This document shows positions 1 to 10,011 of a stretch of DNA of 64,000 nucleotides, piece after piece. The notes beneath the pieces were generated by a model. It ran no database searches, had not been told where the DNA came from, and was given only the letters and a program-made list of their open reading frames with translations. Each line of letters begins with the position of its first letter. Position 1 is the stretch's first letter. The stretch is from Spirochaetia bacterium (GTDB lineage: Bacteria; Spirochaetota; Spirochaetia; SP-2023). The stretch lies in NCBI GenBank assembly GCA_965225855.1, contig CBDDCK010000005.1, positions 1,792,001-1,856,000 on the forward strand, written 5' to 3'. The position numbers were made by a program, and so were the translations under genes.

Positions 1-964
1 AAACCAGCAATGGGACCACCGTAAATTTATTGATACTGATTTTTACAATATTGATTTGATTCCCGCTCATGGGCCTAATGGTGAAATATTTGAGATACCT
101 ATCGGAACTTCAAATATAACAACCGTTTTATTTATGAATACTCGTTTGCTGGAAGAATTAGGTTTGAGTGAACCGCAAACTTATGAAGATTTGGTTGCTA
201 TGGTTCCGGTGGCCCAAGAAGCTGGTATAGATGTTGTAACGATTGACGGCGCAGATGGCTGGGCCCTTGGTTCTTGTCTGCTTTCTGCTTTTATCGCCCG
301 AACTTCAGGCGATCCAAACTGGGTATCGAAGGCACTTGCTGGTAAAAATAAATTTAATGATCCAGCATTTGTGCAGGCTTTAGGAATTTTGGAACAAATC
401 GTGAGTGATGGTGTTTTTTCTAAGAAAGCTGCATTAGTGGACTACGGTAGTAATATATCGAATTTTAATAATGATAAAGCGTTATTTATGGTTCAAGGCC
501 AGTGGGCAGCCGGTGCCGTTGAAAATAGCAATGTAGCTGATAGAATGAAGCTTTTGGCTTGGCCACAAATGCCCGGTGAATCTGCCAATATGGCAGGTTC
601 TGTTGCTGCAGCCAGCTCTGTTGGTTATGGCTTAACGAAAAATGGTGCCAGTGATGAAGCCAAGCGCGACCTTGGTTTGGCTTTTATCAAATATTTTAAT
701 AGTCCTGAAGAAGTAGAGCAAAGATTGCGCGATGGTGCTATTGTTGCACCTATATTGCGTAACTTTAATTTGCCTAGTGATTTGCCGAATGCAACGGTTG
801 AAAAAGTTCGTTTGGCAAATTCTGCAGTGCAGACCGAAGTAATTGATGCATTCCTAGCAGGTGAACCGAATGAGGTTTTGATGGCAGGAGCTCAAAAAAT
901 CCTAACGGGTCAGAGTAGTGCTCAAGAAGTTGCCGATGAAATTGAAGAGGCAGTCAAACGCTAA
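1..964 (+). CDS. Carbohydrate ABC transporter substrate-binding protein (5' truncated by window edge)
   Basis: Frame is open from position 2. SBP_bac_1-like motifs (F MNTRLLEELGLSEPQTYEDL; FNNDKALFMVQGQW). Followed by two permeases. Confidence 0.9.
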   Translation, partial: NQQWDHRKFIDTDFYNIDLIPAHGPNGEIFEIPIGTSNITTVLFMNTRLLEELGLSEPQTYEDLVAMVPVAQEAGIDVVTIDGADGWALGSCLLSAFIARTSGDPNWVSKALAGKNKFNDPAFVQALGILEQIVSDGVFSKKAALVDYGSNISNFNNDKALFMVQGQWAAGAVENSNVADRMKLLAWPQMPGESANMAGSVAAASSVGYGLTKNGASDEAKRDLGLAFIKYFNSPEEVEQRLRDGAIVAPILRNFNLPSDLPNATVEKVRLANSAVQTEVIDAFLAGEPNEVLMAGAQKILTGQSSAQEVADEIEEAVKR

Positions 965-987
965 AAACGCATTCTTCGCCAATTTTT

Positions 988-1014
988 CAGAGGGTCTGTA
1001 GCCCTCTGTTTTTT
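988..1014 (+). terminator. Hairpin plus U-tract between SBP and permease genes (terminator or mRNA-stabilising stem)
   Basis: cagaggg-tctgtag-ccctctg followed by tttttt. Confidence 0.65.
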
Positions 1015-1027
1015 GTAGGGATTATTT

Positions 1028-1933
1028 ATGAAACAAAAAGATTGGGTACCATATTTTAGCTTTGTTGCTCCCGGTTTTCTCCTGTATTTATTCATTATTG
1101 CCTACCCTGTTTTCTATTCTGTATTTTTAAGTTTTAGTGATATGAACCCCAGTAGCGGGCCCGATACTCAAGCGAATTTTGTTGGTCTGTTACAATACCA
1201 AACGATGTTTCAGCATGATTGGTTTTGGCATGCTCTCAAAAATAATATGTTGGTCGTGGCTGTTTCTGTATTTGGGCAGATACCCATTGGTTTGATCTTG
1301 GCCTATATTTTGTTTCGCAATTTAGTTAAGGGGGGAACTGTATTCCAAACCTTGATTTTTTTACCACAGTTTCTTTCTACCATTGTCATTGGGATTTTAT
1401 GGAAACGATTGTTTTCTGCTGACGGCCCAGCTTCCCGTTTGATTCAGCTTATTAACGCAGACCCTCAAGCGCAATTTGATTTAATGTTAAATCCAAATAC
1501 GGTAATGATTCCGATTGCCATTGCTTTGATATGGATGTATACCGGTTTCTATATGATTATTTTTTTGGCCAACATGCAGAAGTTGGACAAAAGCATTCTC
1601 GAATCAGCGAAAATAGACGGGGCCTCTGAATTGCAAGTATTCATAAAGATTATATTTCCATTGCTTTCTGGTACGATTATTGTTTCTTCTATATTAGCTA
1701 TTTCGGGTTCGCTAAAAGGCTTCGATCTAATTTTTGCGATGACAACACAAGGTTTGCAACGCAATAATGCTATGGTCTTACCTATTTTTATGTATCAAGT
1801 TGCATTCCAAGATTATAGTAATCCCATGCGTTTTGCTTTTGGTGCAGCCATTTCTAACATGATTGTGTTGATTAGTGTTTGTATGATTTTATTGAGTAAT
1901 TTTATTGGTAAACGGTTCGGGCATAATGATTAG
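1028..1933 (+). CDS. Carbohydrate ABC transporter permease (MalF/UgpA-like)
   Basis: Six hydrophobic helices; EAA-loop ESAKIDGAS. Confidence 0.92.
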   Translation: MKQKDWVPYFSFVAPGFLLYLFIIAYPVFYSVFLSFSDMNPSSGPDTQANFVGLLQYQTMFQHDWFWHALKNNMLVVAVSVFGQIPIGLILAYILFRNLVKGGTVFQTLIFLPQFLSTIVIGILWKRLFSADGPASRLIQLINADPQAQFDLMLNPNTVMIPIAIALIWMYTGFYMIIFLANMQKLDKSILESAKIDGASELQVFIKIIFPLLSGTIIVSSILAISGSLKGFDLIFAMTTQGLQRNNAMVLPIFMYQVAFQDYSNPMRFAFGAAISNMIVLISVCMILLSNFIGKRFGHND

Positions 1934-2002
1934 AATTTTTAATCATTTGAGTATGGTAACAAAAGTTTCTACTGTTTTTTGCAATCTTATGTGAGAGCGA
2001 TT

Positions 2003-3115
2003 ATGGAAAATCAAAGACAAAATATATGGCCATCTTTTTGGGTTGTGTCAACAAAATTTGTTTCATATGGTATTTTTATCGTTTGGGCTTTGGTTACTGT
2101 GTTGCCATTGTTCTGGATGTTATATTCTTCATTTAAATCCAATGAAGAATTGACGCGCGATATTTATCGTTTTCCGCATGATTTATTTGATAACTATAAT
2201 GATGAATATAAAGTTATCGCACCCAGCCGCAATTTAATATTGCCTTACAATTCCAAAAAAGATAAGCAAGAACGGTTGATTATTGAGTCTACCAGCATTG
2301 CCCCTGGTAGGCGTTTAATGGTTTTTTTCTTGTTGAAAGAAACTTTACCGCATGCTTTAGCTACGCTGAAAGAGGGAGACACCCTGCGTGTTTCACAACT
2401 GCCGTCAAAACTTAGATGGCGCATTCATTGGCAAACAATTTGGTTTAATTATCGTTCTGCTTTTTTTCGCGGTGGTTTATTACAGAAATTTTTCAATAGT
2501 GTTTTTTATGCTTCCGTCTCGACTATTTTGGTTATATTGCTTGGAGCAATGATTAGTTTTGCCATTAGTAAAATGAATTTCCCTAAAACTTCGCGTATCA
2601 TTATGGGGACGATTGGTTTAGGTTATTTAATCAGTATACCCTCTCTAATAATTCCTTTATTTTTAATGCTTTCTAAAGTTGGACTGACCAATTCACATTT
2701 TGGTTTGACGATGGTATATGTTGCCACCGGTTTACCGCTGTCCGTATTGCTAATGGCGCAATTTATGCAGGGCCTGCCTGATAGTTTAATTGAGTCGGGT
2801 TATATAGATGGGGCCAATAGTTACCTGGTTTTTTCTGCCATAATTCTTCCTATGACGGCACCGGTAATGATTACTATTGGTATTATTAGCTTCCTTGGTG
2901 TTTGGAATGAATTCCTCTTAGTATTAGTACTCGCCAGTACCGAAGCTACAAAGTCCTTGCCTGTAGGGGTTTTTTCTTTTTCCAGTTTAACTGGGACGCA
3001 GTTGGGTTGGCAGTTGGCCGCTTTGGTTATGGCTACATTTCCTGCGATGTTTGTTTATTTTTCTTTCAGCAAAGATATTATGCAAGGGGTAGTTACAGGA
3101 GCTGTAAAAGGCTAG
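2003..3115 (+). CDS. Carbohydrate ABC transporter permease (MalG/UgpE-like) with enlarged first periplasmic loop
   Basis: EAA-loop ESGYIDGAN; C-terminus GVVTGAVKG; ATG at 2003 chosen over TTG 1979. Confidence 0.9.
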   Translation: MENQRQNIWPSFWVVSTKFVSYGIFIVWALVTVLPLFWMLYSSFKSNEELTRDIYRFPHDLFDNYNDEYKVIAPSRNLILPYNSKKDKQERLIIESTSIAPGRRLMVFFLLKETLPHALATLKEGDTLRVSQLPSKLRWRIHWQTIWFNYRSAFFRGGLLQKFFNSVFYASVSTILVILLGAMISFAISKMNFPKTSRIIMGTIGLGYLISIPSLIIPLFLMLSKVGLTNSHFGLTMVYVATGLPLSVLLMAQFMQGLPDSLIESGYIDGANSYLVFSAIILPMTAPVMITIGIISFLGVWNEFLLVLVLASTEATKSLPVGVFSFSSLTGTQLGWQLAALVMATFPAMFVYFSFSKDIMQGVVTGAVKG

Positions 3116-3265
3116 TAATTCAAAACAAAAGCGAAATGCCTTATTTTATATGGCATAAATTATACTAAATTATATTTATTGGAAAAATATTTTGCCAGAT
3201 GCCTGCTAATTATGATGATCATAATAAGATATAAAATAAATTCTCAAGACTTAGGAGTGTCTTAA

Positions 3266-3931
3266 ATGAGTGAATCTTTAATAGTTGCACCTTCCATTCT
3301 TTCTGCTAATTTTGCTAGTATGGGGGAAGATACCAAAACTCTTGAATCATCGGGGGCTGACTGGATTCATATCGATATTATGGATGGCAGTTTTGTTCCT
3401 CCCATTACTTTTGGAGCTCAAATGGTGCAAGCATTGCGTTCTTATAGTTCACTACCTTTTGATGTGCATTTGATGGTTGAACATCCAGAAACTCAAGTAG
3501 AGAATTTTGTTCAAGCTGGGGCTGACTTTATTACCTTTCATTTAGAAGCAACTATTCATGCCCATCGTTTATTACAACATATAAAGAATTTAGGTAAAAA
3601 AGCGGGTATAGCCATTGTGCCATCTACTCCTGTTTCCGCCTTGAATGAACTACTTTGTGAAGTGGATATTATTTTAGTCATGTCGGTAAACCCTGGTTAT
3701 GGTGGCCAAACAATGATAGACCAAACCCTGAAAAAAATAGCCCTGTTAGATACAATACGCAGGGAAAATAATTTCCACTACCAAATTTCCATTGATGGTG
3801 GGGTCAATCTCAATACAATTCAAGCTACCCGTCAAAGTGGTGTCGATATTATTGTGGTCGGTTCAGCTTTTTTTGCCCAATCGGATATAGTTTCTAGGAA
3901 AAAATTTGTTGAGAATTTAGGACAAATGTAG
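3266..3931 (+). CDS. rpe: Ribulose-phosphate 3-epimerase
   Basis: APSILSANF, HIDIMDGSFVP, DVHLMV, MSVNPGYGGQ, IDGGVN motifs; RBS aggag. Confidence 0.97.
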   Translation: MSESLIVAPSILSANFASMGEDTKTLESSGADWIHIDIMDGSFVPPITFGAQMVQALRSYSSLPFDVHLMVEHPETQVENFVQAGADFITFHLEATIHAHRLLQHIKNLGKKAGIAIVPSTPVSALNELLCEVDIILVMSVNPGYGGQTMIDQTLKKIALLDTIRRENNFHYQISIDGGVNLNTIQATRQSGVDIIVVGSAFFAQSDIVSRKKFVENLGQM

Positions 3932-3934
3932 TCT

Positions 3935-5362
3935 ATGTTGGTTAAATTGTTACGCAGTTTGAGCTGTTCACATTTTCGTTTTTCACAGGGTGGTTTAAAG
4001 CTTAAGGAATTTAAGACCAATTTTGCTCCTGTCATAGAATATATAGAGTCTCCTGCTAAAATTGAAATTCTTTTATTACAGCATATTGGGCCGATGGCTA
4101 AGTCCGTGGTCGATATCGGCCAGTATGTAGAAGCTCAACAATTGCTAGCAAAAACGGCTGAAGATGGTTTTTTGTACAGTCGTATTCACTCACCAATGAG
4201 CGGTGTTGTTACAGCAATTCAAAGTCGCACTTTGGCCAGCGGAGCCAAAATAGAAAGTATTGTTATTGAGTATGAAGAAAAGCCAGTAGCTTCGATTGGC
4301 AATACGAGTAACCCAAATTTATATAGCGGGCAATCCCAAAGTTGGCGCAAGAAAAATGGTGGTGGTCTTAAAGAAATAAGCCAACGGATTGCTGCTGCTG
4401 GTATTGTTGGCATGGGTGGAGCAACGTTTCCCAGTGATATAAAGTTACAGCTACTCGCGAATCGCAAATGTGATTATTTGCTACTCAATGCTGTTGAATG
4501 TGAACCTTATTTACATAGCGATGCTAGTTTGCTCCGCGAGATGGCTATCGATGTGGTCGGAGGTATCGACGTTTTAGCCGAAAGCCTGAAACCTAAGTAT
4601 ATCGCAATTGGTTTAGAGCAAAGTAGTATAGAGCTGACGAAGCCTCTAAAAACAGCCATTCAGAAATATCGCAATGATCTAGAAACAAAGGGCATTGGGG
4701 CTGAAAGTTTACCACCTATACGGTTTGTCGTGTTGAAGAATCGCTACCCTCAAGGTGCAGAATCTCAATTGATAGAAGCCATTAGTGGCCGCCGAGTTGG
4801 GCCGGGCCAATTGCCCCAAGAGCTTGGTTGCTTGGTTGTCAATGTGGCCACCAGTAAAGCTATTTACGATGCTGTTGAGCGTGGGTTACCTTTGACACGG
4901 CGCATTATTACAGTAGCTGGTGGTGCGGTATGCCAGCCTAAAATATTTAACGCACCACTGGGTACCCCCTTAGATGAATTGCTTAAACGGTGTGGTGGTT
5001 TCCATAAGCCTGTAGAGCGTATGATGAACGGCGGGCCGTTGATGGGGCGTTCTTTTTACGATTTGCAACAGTTTGTTACCAAGGGTTCTACAGGGTTTTT
5101 ATTCTTAACGGCTGAAGAAGTAGCGCAAAAGAAACAACGGCCTTGCATTCGTTGTGATGCCTGCATTGCCGTTTGCCCAATGGGGCTAGAGCCCGTGGCG
5201 ATGTTCCAAAATATTTTGGCAGAGAAACTCGAACAGGCTGTGGCTATTGGCCTAGCTAATTGTATTGATTGCGGAGCTTGTGCCAGTATATGTCCATCGC
5301 AAATTCCATTGGTACAAAGCTTTACTATGGCTAAAGTACGTTGCCAACAAGAATATCTATAA
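3935..5362 (+). CDS. rnfC: Rnf electron transport complex subunit C
   Basis: GIVGMGGATFP, ECEPYL, YPQGAE, GGPLMG, two CxxCxxCxxxCP 4Fe-4S motifs. Confidence 0.95.
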   Translation: MLVKLLRSLSCSHFRFSQGGLKLKEFKTNFAPVIEYIESPAKIEILLLQHIGPMAKSVVDIGQYVEAQQLLAKTAEDGFLYSRIHSPMSGVVTAIQSRTLASGAKIESIVIEYEEKPVASIGNTSNPNLYSGQSQSWRKKNGGGLKEISQRIAAAGIVGMGGATFPSDIKLQLLANRKCDYLLLNAVECEPYLHSDASLLREMAIDVVGGIDVLAESLKPKYIAIGLEQSSIELTKPLKTAIQKYRNDLETKGIGAESLPPIRFVVLKNRYPQGAESQLIEAISGRRVGPGQLPQELGCLVVNVATSKAIYDAVERGLPLTRRIITVAGGAVCQPKIFNAPLGTPLDELLKRCGGFHKPVERMMNGGPLMGRSFYDLQQFVTKGSTGFLFLTAEEVAQKKQRPCIRCDACIAVCPMGLEPVAMFQNILAEKLEQAVAIGLANCIDCGACASICPSQIPLVQSFTMAKVRCQQEYL

Positions 5363-5382
5363 AGTTTCATTATGGGGTGTCT

Positions 5383-6585
5383 ATGCTGCAAAGACAGAAG
5401 CTAACAAAAACATCAAGGCCAAAGGATTCGCACTTAGTTACCAATACGGTATACCATTCGCCACACTTATTCAGTTCCCAAGGTAGTGCTCTAATCATGT
5501 GGCTGGTTAGCCTTTGTCTATTACCTGCTGCGCTTTGGGGCGTATGGCTATATGGCTGGCATGCTTTGCGTGTAATTACCCTTTGTATTTTTGCCTGCCT
5601 AGTTAGCGAAACGATATGTAATCTGTTATCAGGAAGGGATAAAAAACGTTTATACCAAAACTATTATCACACAATAGAGTGGACGGTAATAGATGGTAGT
5701 GCTTTCGTTACAGGCCTATTATTGGGTATGAATCTACCGTCTTTAGTGCCTTGGTATGTCCCTATCTTCGGTGGTATGTTTGCCATATTCGTTGGTAAAT
5801 GGAGTTTTGGTGGCCTAGGGGCAAACTGGGCTAACCCAGCTTTAGTAGGTCGTGCCTTTGTATTCTTTTCATTTAGTGATGAAATGGCTAATTGGCCACA
5901 GCCAAGCTGTGTATGGCAAGATCAAACACTGCAATATTTCAATGCTATTAGTTCTGCAAGCCCTTTAACTGTTTTTAAAGTAGGTCTAGATAGCCATAGA
6001 GTAGGTGTTGAGCATAGTGCATTAGAGACTTGGGGTGCTACTATGCAGTTTTCTACAGCTAATGAAAGCTTAACGAATCTATTCTTTGGTTTTCACGGCG
6101 GCTCTATCGGTGAGGCATCGAGTTTGCTTTTAATACTAGGGGCTTTGGTCTTGCTTAGCTTAAATATAATCGGTTGGCATATCCCCTTGGCATTTATTAG
6201 TAGCTTTGCTTTGTTGACTTGGGTTTTCGGTGGTCTGCGCCAAGGATTTGGCTTATTCCACGGTGAAGTTTTATTCCACTTGTTCAGCGGTGGCCTAATG
6301 TTGGGTGCTTGGTTTATGGCTACAGATTATGCCGGCTGCCCCAAAATGCCATTAGGTAAATTGATTTTTGCCCTAGGTTGCGGTGTTTTGAGTTTTTTAG
6401 CTCGATTTTATGGTTCATATCCCGAAGGTATTATGCTCGCCATCTTATTTATGAATGTTTGGACGCCGACCCTCGATATTGTAATTCAGCCTTGTGTCTT
6501 TGGTTCTGGTAAACAAGGTGGTTGGCAACAGCGTTGGCGTGAGGAACGGCAACATAAACGCATTCTCAAACAGCCTTATTATTGA
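5383..6585 (+). CDS. rnfD: Rnf complex subunit D
   Basis: SPH, DGSAFVTGLLLG, FGGLGANWANPALVGRAF, GSIGE, FMATDY, YPEG motifs. Confidence 0.95.
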   Translation: MLQRQKLTKTSRPKDSHLVTNTVYHSPHLFSSQGSALIMWLVSLCLLPAALWGVWLYGWHALRVITLCIFACLVSETICNLLSGRDKKRLYQNYYHTIEWTVIDGSAFVTGLLLGMNLPSLVPWYVPIFGGMFAIFVGKWSFGGLGANWANPALVGRAFVFFSFSDEMANWPQPSCVWQDQTLQYFNAISSASPLTVFKVGLDSHRVGVEHSALETWGATMQFSTANESLTNLFFGFHGGSIGEASSLLLILGALVLLSLNIIGWHIPLAFISSFALLTWVFGGLRQGFGLFHGEVLFHLFSGGLMLGAWFMATDYAGCPKMPLGKLIFALGCGVLSFLARFYGSYPEGIMLAILFMNVWTPTLDIVIQPCVFGSGKQGGWQQRWREERQHKRILKQPYY

Positions 6586-6597
6586 GCGGAATAGAAA

Positions 6598-7284
6598 ATG
6601 AATAAGCAGCCTTCATTATATCGCGCTCCGTTGGCACTAACTACTATTTGCTTAGTTGCTGTCAGTACTTTAGCCATTGTTAATTTGGCCACAAAGGATA
6701 AAATCGCTTATGTCAAAGAACAATATCAATTGGCAGCCTTAGGGGCTCTCTTGGCCCGTAGTACCCAAATGCTCAATTATTATGCACCTACTGCCCAAGT
6801 GCCCAAAGCTTTGAAAATAATTGCATGGGGCGCAATAGCTAAAAATGAAGCCATTACTGATTCTGAATTTGTGCAGCAACTCTATCATATTGCCAAAGTA
6901 CAGCTAACTACAACTAATGATGAGATATATCCTTTAGAGAAAGCTATTCCAGAGCTTTATATTTTGAAGCTGATGGGGCAGGGGTTTGGTGGGCCGTTGG
7001 AATTATTGGTAGCCTACCGCATAGATGGTAGCCTCTATCATGCACTGTTGCTCGACCATAATGAAACCCCAGGCTTTGGTAAAAAGGCTGAAGACCCGTC
7101 CTATATGCAGATGTTTTGGGATAAGAAGTTAGAGGCTATACCGGCTCGTAAGCAACAATTACAACATTCGTATTTCGATGCGGTTAGCGGTAGTACTATT
7201 TCATTCCAAGCGATTGCATCTGTGCTACAATCTGGGGCTGCTTGGCTAATCAATAAATATAAACTAAGGAAACACAAAATATGA
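6598..7284 (+). CDS. rnfG: Rnf complex subunit G (FMN-binding)
   Basis: N-terminal TM helix; HNETPGFG; DAVSGSTIS FMN-attachment motif. Confidence 0.9.
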   Translation: MNKQPSLYRAPLALTTICLVAVSTLAIVNLATKDKIAYVKEQYQLAALGALLARSTQMLNYYAPTAQVPKALKIIAWGAIAKNEAITDSEFVQQLYHIAKVQLTTTNDEIYPLEKAIPELYILKLMGQGFGGPLELLVAYRIDGSLYHALLLDHNETPGFGKKAEDPSYMQMFWDKKLEAIPARKQQLQHSYFDAVSGSTISFQAIASVLQSGAAWLINKYKLRKHKI

Positions 7285-7949
7285 AGGGTGAATTACAGCA
7301 ACGCTTGATCGATAGAAACCCTGTGCTAGTGGATTTTATTGGCCTATGTCCAGTGTTAGCCGTAACTAATACGGTATACAATGCTGTGGGTATGTCTTTA
7401 GGGACATCGGTCGTATTGCTATTTAGTTCTTTGGTTGTTTCAATACTACGCCAGCTAATCCCCCATGAAGTACGTATGCCTAGCTATATTATTATTATTG
7501 CCAGCTTAGTTAGTGTAGTGGATATGTTGATGGAAGCTTATACGCCGGTACTTTCTCGAGAATTGGGTGCTTTTATTTCTTTGATTGTTGTCAATTGCCT
7601 AATACTTGGGCAGGTAGAATCCCATGCATCAAAGAACCCACCTATAGCTAGTCTGTGGCATTCTTTTTGTACTGCTGTAGGTTTCAGCTTTGGCCTTATT
7701 CTGGTAGCAGCTTGCCGAGAGCTTCTAGGTAGCGCCAGCATTACGATTGCAAACCCTAATCTATGGAGTGAAGCAGTAACTTGGCTGGGGCTATTGACTT
7801 TCCACCGTGGCAAAATCCTAACGCCATTGAGTTACGCACAGGGTGGCAGCCCTCTTACTTTGCTAACTATGCCGGCTGGGGCTTTGTTTGTGGTTGGTTA
7901 TCTAGGGGCTTTCTTTTCGTGGTTACAACGGCATAAAACTAAAGCTTAA
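7281..7949 (+). CDS. rnfE: Rnf complex subunit E
   Basis: NPVL..GLCPVLAVT, LIVVNCLILG, RELLG motifs. Confidence 0.93.
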   Translation: MKGELQQRLIDRNPVLVDFIGLCPVLAVTNTVYNAVGMSLGTSVVLLFSSLVVSILRQLIPHEVRMPSYIIIIASLVSVVDMLMEAYTPVLSRELGAFISLIVVNCLILGQVESHASKNPPIASLWHSFCTAVGFSFGLILVAACRELLGSASITIANPNLWSEAVTWLGLLTFHRGKILTPLSYAQGGSPLTLLTMPAGALFVVGYLGAFFSWLQRHKTKA

Positions 7950-8142
7950 CTGTTCCTCTTTTTAACCACAAGATAATGTATGGCCGATGTCCGCTATAGG
8001 AGAATTTTACAGATATAATCATAATACTAGTAGGGACGAAACTGTATTCGATAAAAATATGGATTCCATCTTTTGCGATTCCCCATTGGCAAATCGGCAT
8101 AGCAAGTGGCCAAGGATTATTTAGTAGAAAAACATTTATATC

Positions 8143-8211
8143 TTGGAAGTGGGTTACTACCAGCTTAGTAGTTGATGATTACCAGTTTGGAAGTGGGTTA
8201 CTACCAGCTTA
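8143..8211. repeat. 22-bp-period tandem repeat, 3 units (outer two identical)
   Basis: ttggaagtgggttactaccagc / ttagtagttgatgattaccagt / ttggaagtgggttactaccagc. Confidence 0.9.
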
Positions 8212-8241
8212 AAAATTTAAAATAGTTTTTTGTCATAGCTA

Positions 8242-8270
8242 TTGACACGCAATGCCGATAATCTTTTAAT
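8242..8270 (+). promoter_or_regulatory. Putative sigma70 promoter of the HU-like gene
   Basis: TTGACA-17 nt-TTTAAT, then RBS aaggag. Confidence 0.55.
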
Positions 8271-8297
8271 AGCCCTATCTATAGTAAAGGAGCTATT

Positions 8298-9023
8298 ATG
8301 GCATTGCAATACGAATTATATAAAAACCAATTGGGGTCCAACCCTAGCGGCTACTATGCACGGACGGTAAACCAACAAATACACAACCGTGACAAGCTGA
8401 TTGAGATGATGCTCAATCGCGGTAGTTCCCTGGCCAAGGCGGATATTGAAGCTGCTCTTATTTGCTTTGAAGAAGCTATTATGCAAATAATCAAAGATGG
8501 CGATGGCTTAAACACTGGTATTTTTAGCATGCATTTGGATATTAAAGGCACCTTTGCCGATGCCAATAGCTACTTTAACCCTAGCGAAAACAAGATAGCT
8601 ATCAATATTAATGCCTCCAAACCGTTGAAGGATTTACTAGCTGAGGTGGTGCTACAGAGAGTCTATGGCTCTGGAAAGGAAAGTAAAATAACTTCGGTAG
8701 AAGATACGTTGAGCAAGACCACCAATAAAACCTTGAGCGAAGGCGGGCCAGTAAAAGTTTCGGGCTATTTAATCAAAATCATAGCGACCCAGCCCAGCGA
8801 CAATAAAGAAGGCCTATACGCAGTTTCCCTAAGCGATGGTAGTTCTACTAAGTTCCCCACCCAAGTAAGAAACACACCTTCACAACTGATCTATCTAGCC
8901 CCCAGTTCCCTACCCTCGGATGACTACCGCTTAGAAGTGCGTACCTATGGTATTAGCAATAAAACCAAAAGTGGCAAAACCTTGCGAGTAATTTCCTCAG
9001 ACGTAATTTTTAGCGTTAGCTAG
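8298..9023 (+). CDS. HU-like DNA-binding domain protein with C-terminal Ig-like (DUF4469-type) domain
   Basis: N-terminal ALQYELYKNQL..YYART..LIEMMLNRGSSLAKADIEAAL..DGDGLNTGIF; C-terminal NTPSQLIY..YRLEVRT typical of this Bacteroidota/spirochaete family. Confidence 0.8.
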   Translation: MALQYELYKNQLGSNPSGYYARTVNQQIHNRDKLIEMMLNRGSSLAKADIEAALICFEEAIMQIIKDGDGLNTGIFSMHLDIKGTFADANSYFNPSENKIAININASKPLKDLLAEVVLQRVYGSGKESKITSVEDTLSKTTNKTLSEGGPVKVSGYLIKIIATQPSDNKEGLYAVSLSDGSSTKFPTQVRNTPSQLIYLAPSSLPSDDYRLEVRTYGISNKTKSGKTLRVISSDVIFSVS

Positions 9024-9222
9024 TTTGGGGCAAGCACCAATGTTGGGGTGCTGGGGGTTTGCTTTTGAGACTTTCTTTGGCAGTGGTTCCATCTACAATT
9101 ACCCTGCATTTCCTAAATGGTAAGTTATCCCCTTAAAGCAACTTTTAGCCAAGCTAGACTTTTCATAACTGGTGGATTTTGTTAGATTATGGCTTCGAAC
9201 TATACTTTAAGGAGAAAAAGAA

Positions 9223-10011
9223 ATGAAAAATAGTTTTCGACTTACCTTAATATTACTGGTAATGATATTGTCTGCCTGTGCAAAAAAACAGCAAGAAGCT
9301 CCACAGTCGGGCGATAAAAAAAGTGTAGAGCAGGAAGCACCTGTGCTAATCAAGTTAGCTACCGATGCAACTTGGCCACCGATGGAATTTATCAATCAAC
9401 AAAAAGAAATAGTTGGTTTTGATATAGATGTCATCAATGCCATTGCCAAGGCCGCTAAGTTTCAAGTGGAAATCCACAATACCGCTTGGGACGGTATTTT
9501 TGCTGGGCTACAAAGTGGCAGTTATGAGGCAATTATTTCTGCAGTAACCATTACCGAAGAGCGTAAAAAAGTAATGGATTTTTCTAAACCATACATCAAT
9601 GCTGGGCAGGTTTTAGTAGTACAAAAAGGCAACAATTCGATTGGCAACTTAAATGATTTAATTGGTTTAAATGTCGGTGCCCAAATTGGTACAACGGGAG
9701 CCCTGGCTGTTGCCGAGGTAGAAGGCATTGAACTAAAAAATTATGATGAACTGGGGTTAGCGGTTTCTGATTTAGCCAATGGTAGACTAAGTGCGGTAGT
9801 AGCCGATACTCCCGTAGCTGCCGACTATGTACTCAATAATAAAGAATATAAAGATTCTTTAAAAATTGTGGGTGAGCCTTTCACAGAAGAATACTATGGC
9901 ATTGCAGTAAAAAAAGGCAACCAAAAAGTTCTTAAGCGACTCAATGAAGGTTTAGATAGCATTGAGGCTTCTGGTGAGCTTGCCCAACTTAAACAAAAAT
10001 GGCTCAAGTAA
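9223..10011 (+). CDS. Polar (basic) amino-acid ABC transporter substrate-binding lipoprotein
   Basis: Lipobox LSAC; DATWPPME, GFDID, QIGTTG, EYYGIAV. Confidence 0.95.
   Translation: MKNSFRLTLILLVMILSACAKKQQEAPQSGDKKSVEQEAPVLIKLATDATWPPMEFINQQKEIVGFDIDVINAIAKAAKFQVEIHNTAWDGIFAGLQSGSYEAIISAVTITEERKKVMDFSKPYINAGQVLVVQKGNNSIGNLNDLIGLNVGAQIGTTGALAVAEVEGIELKNYDELGLAVSDLANGRLSAVVADTPVAADYVLNNKEYKDSLKIVGEPFTEEYYGIAVKKGNQKVLKRLNEGLDSIEASGELAQLKQKWLK

Noticed and set aside
8143..8211. Mini-CRISPR (25-bp repeat, 19-bp spacer, repeat)
   Set aside because: The spacer is a degenerate copy of the 22-bp unit and too short; this is a tandem repeat.
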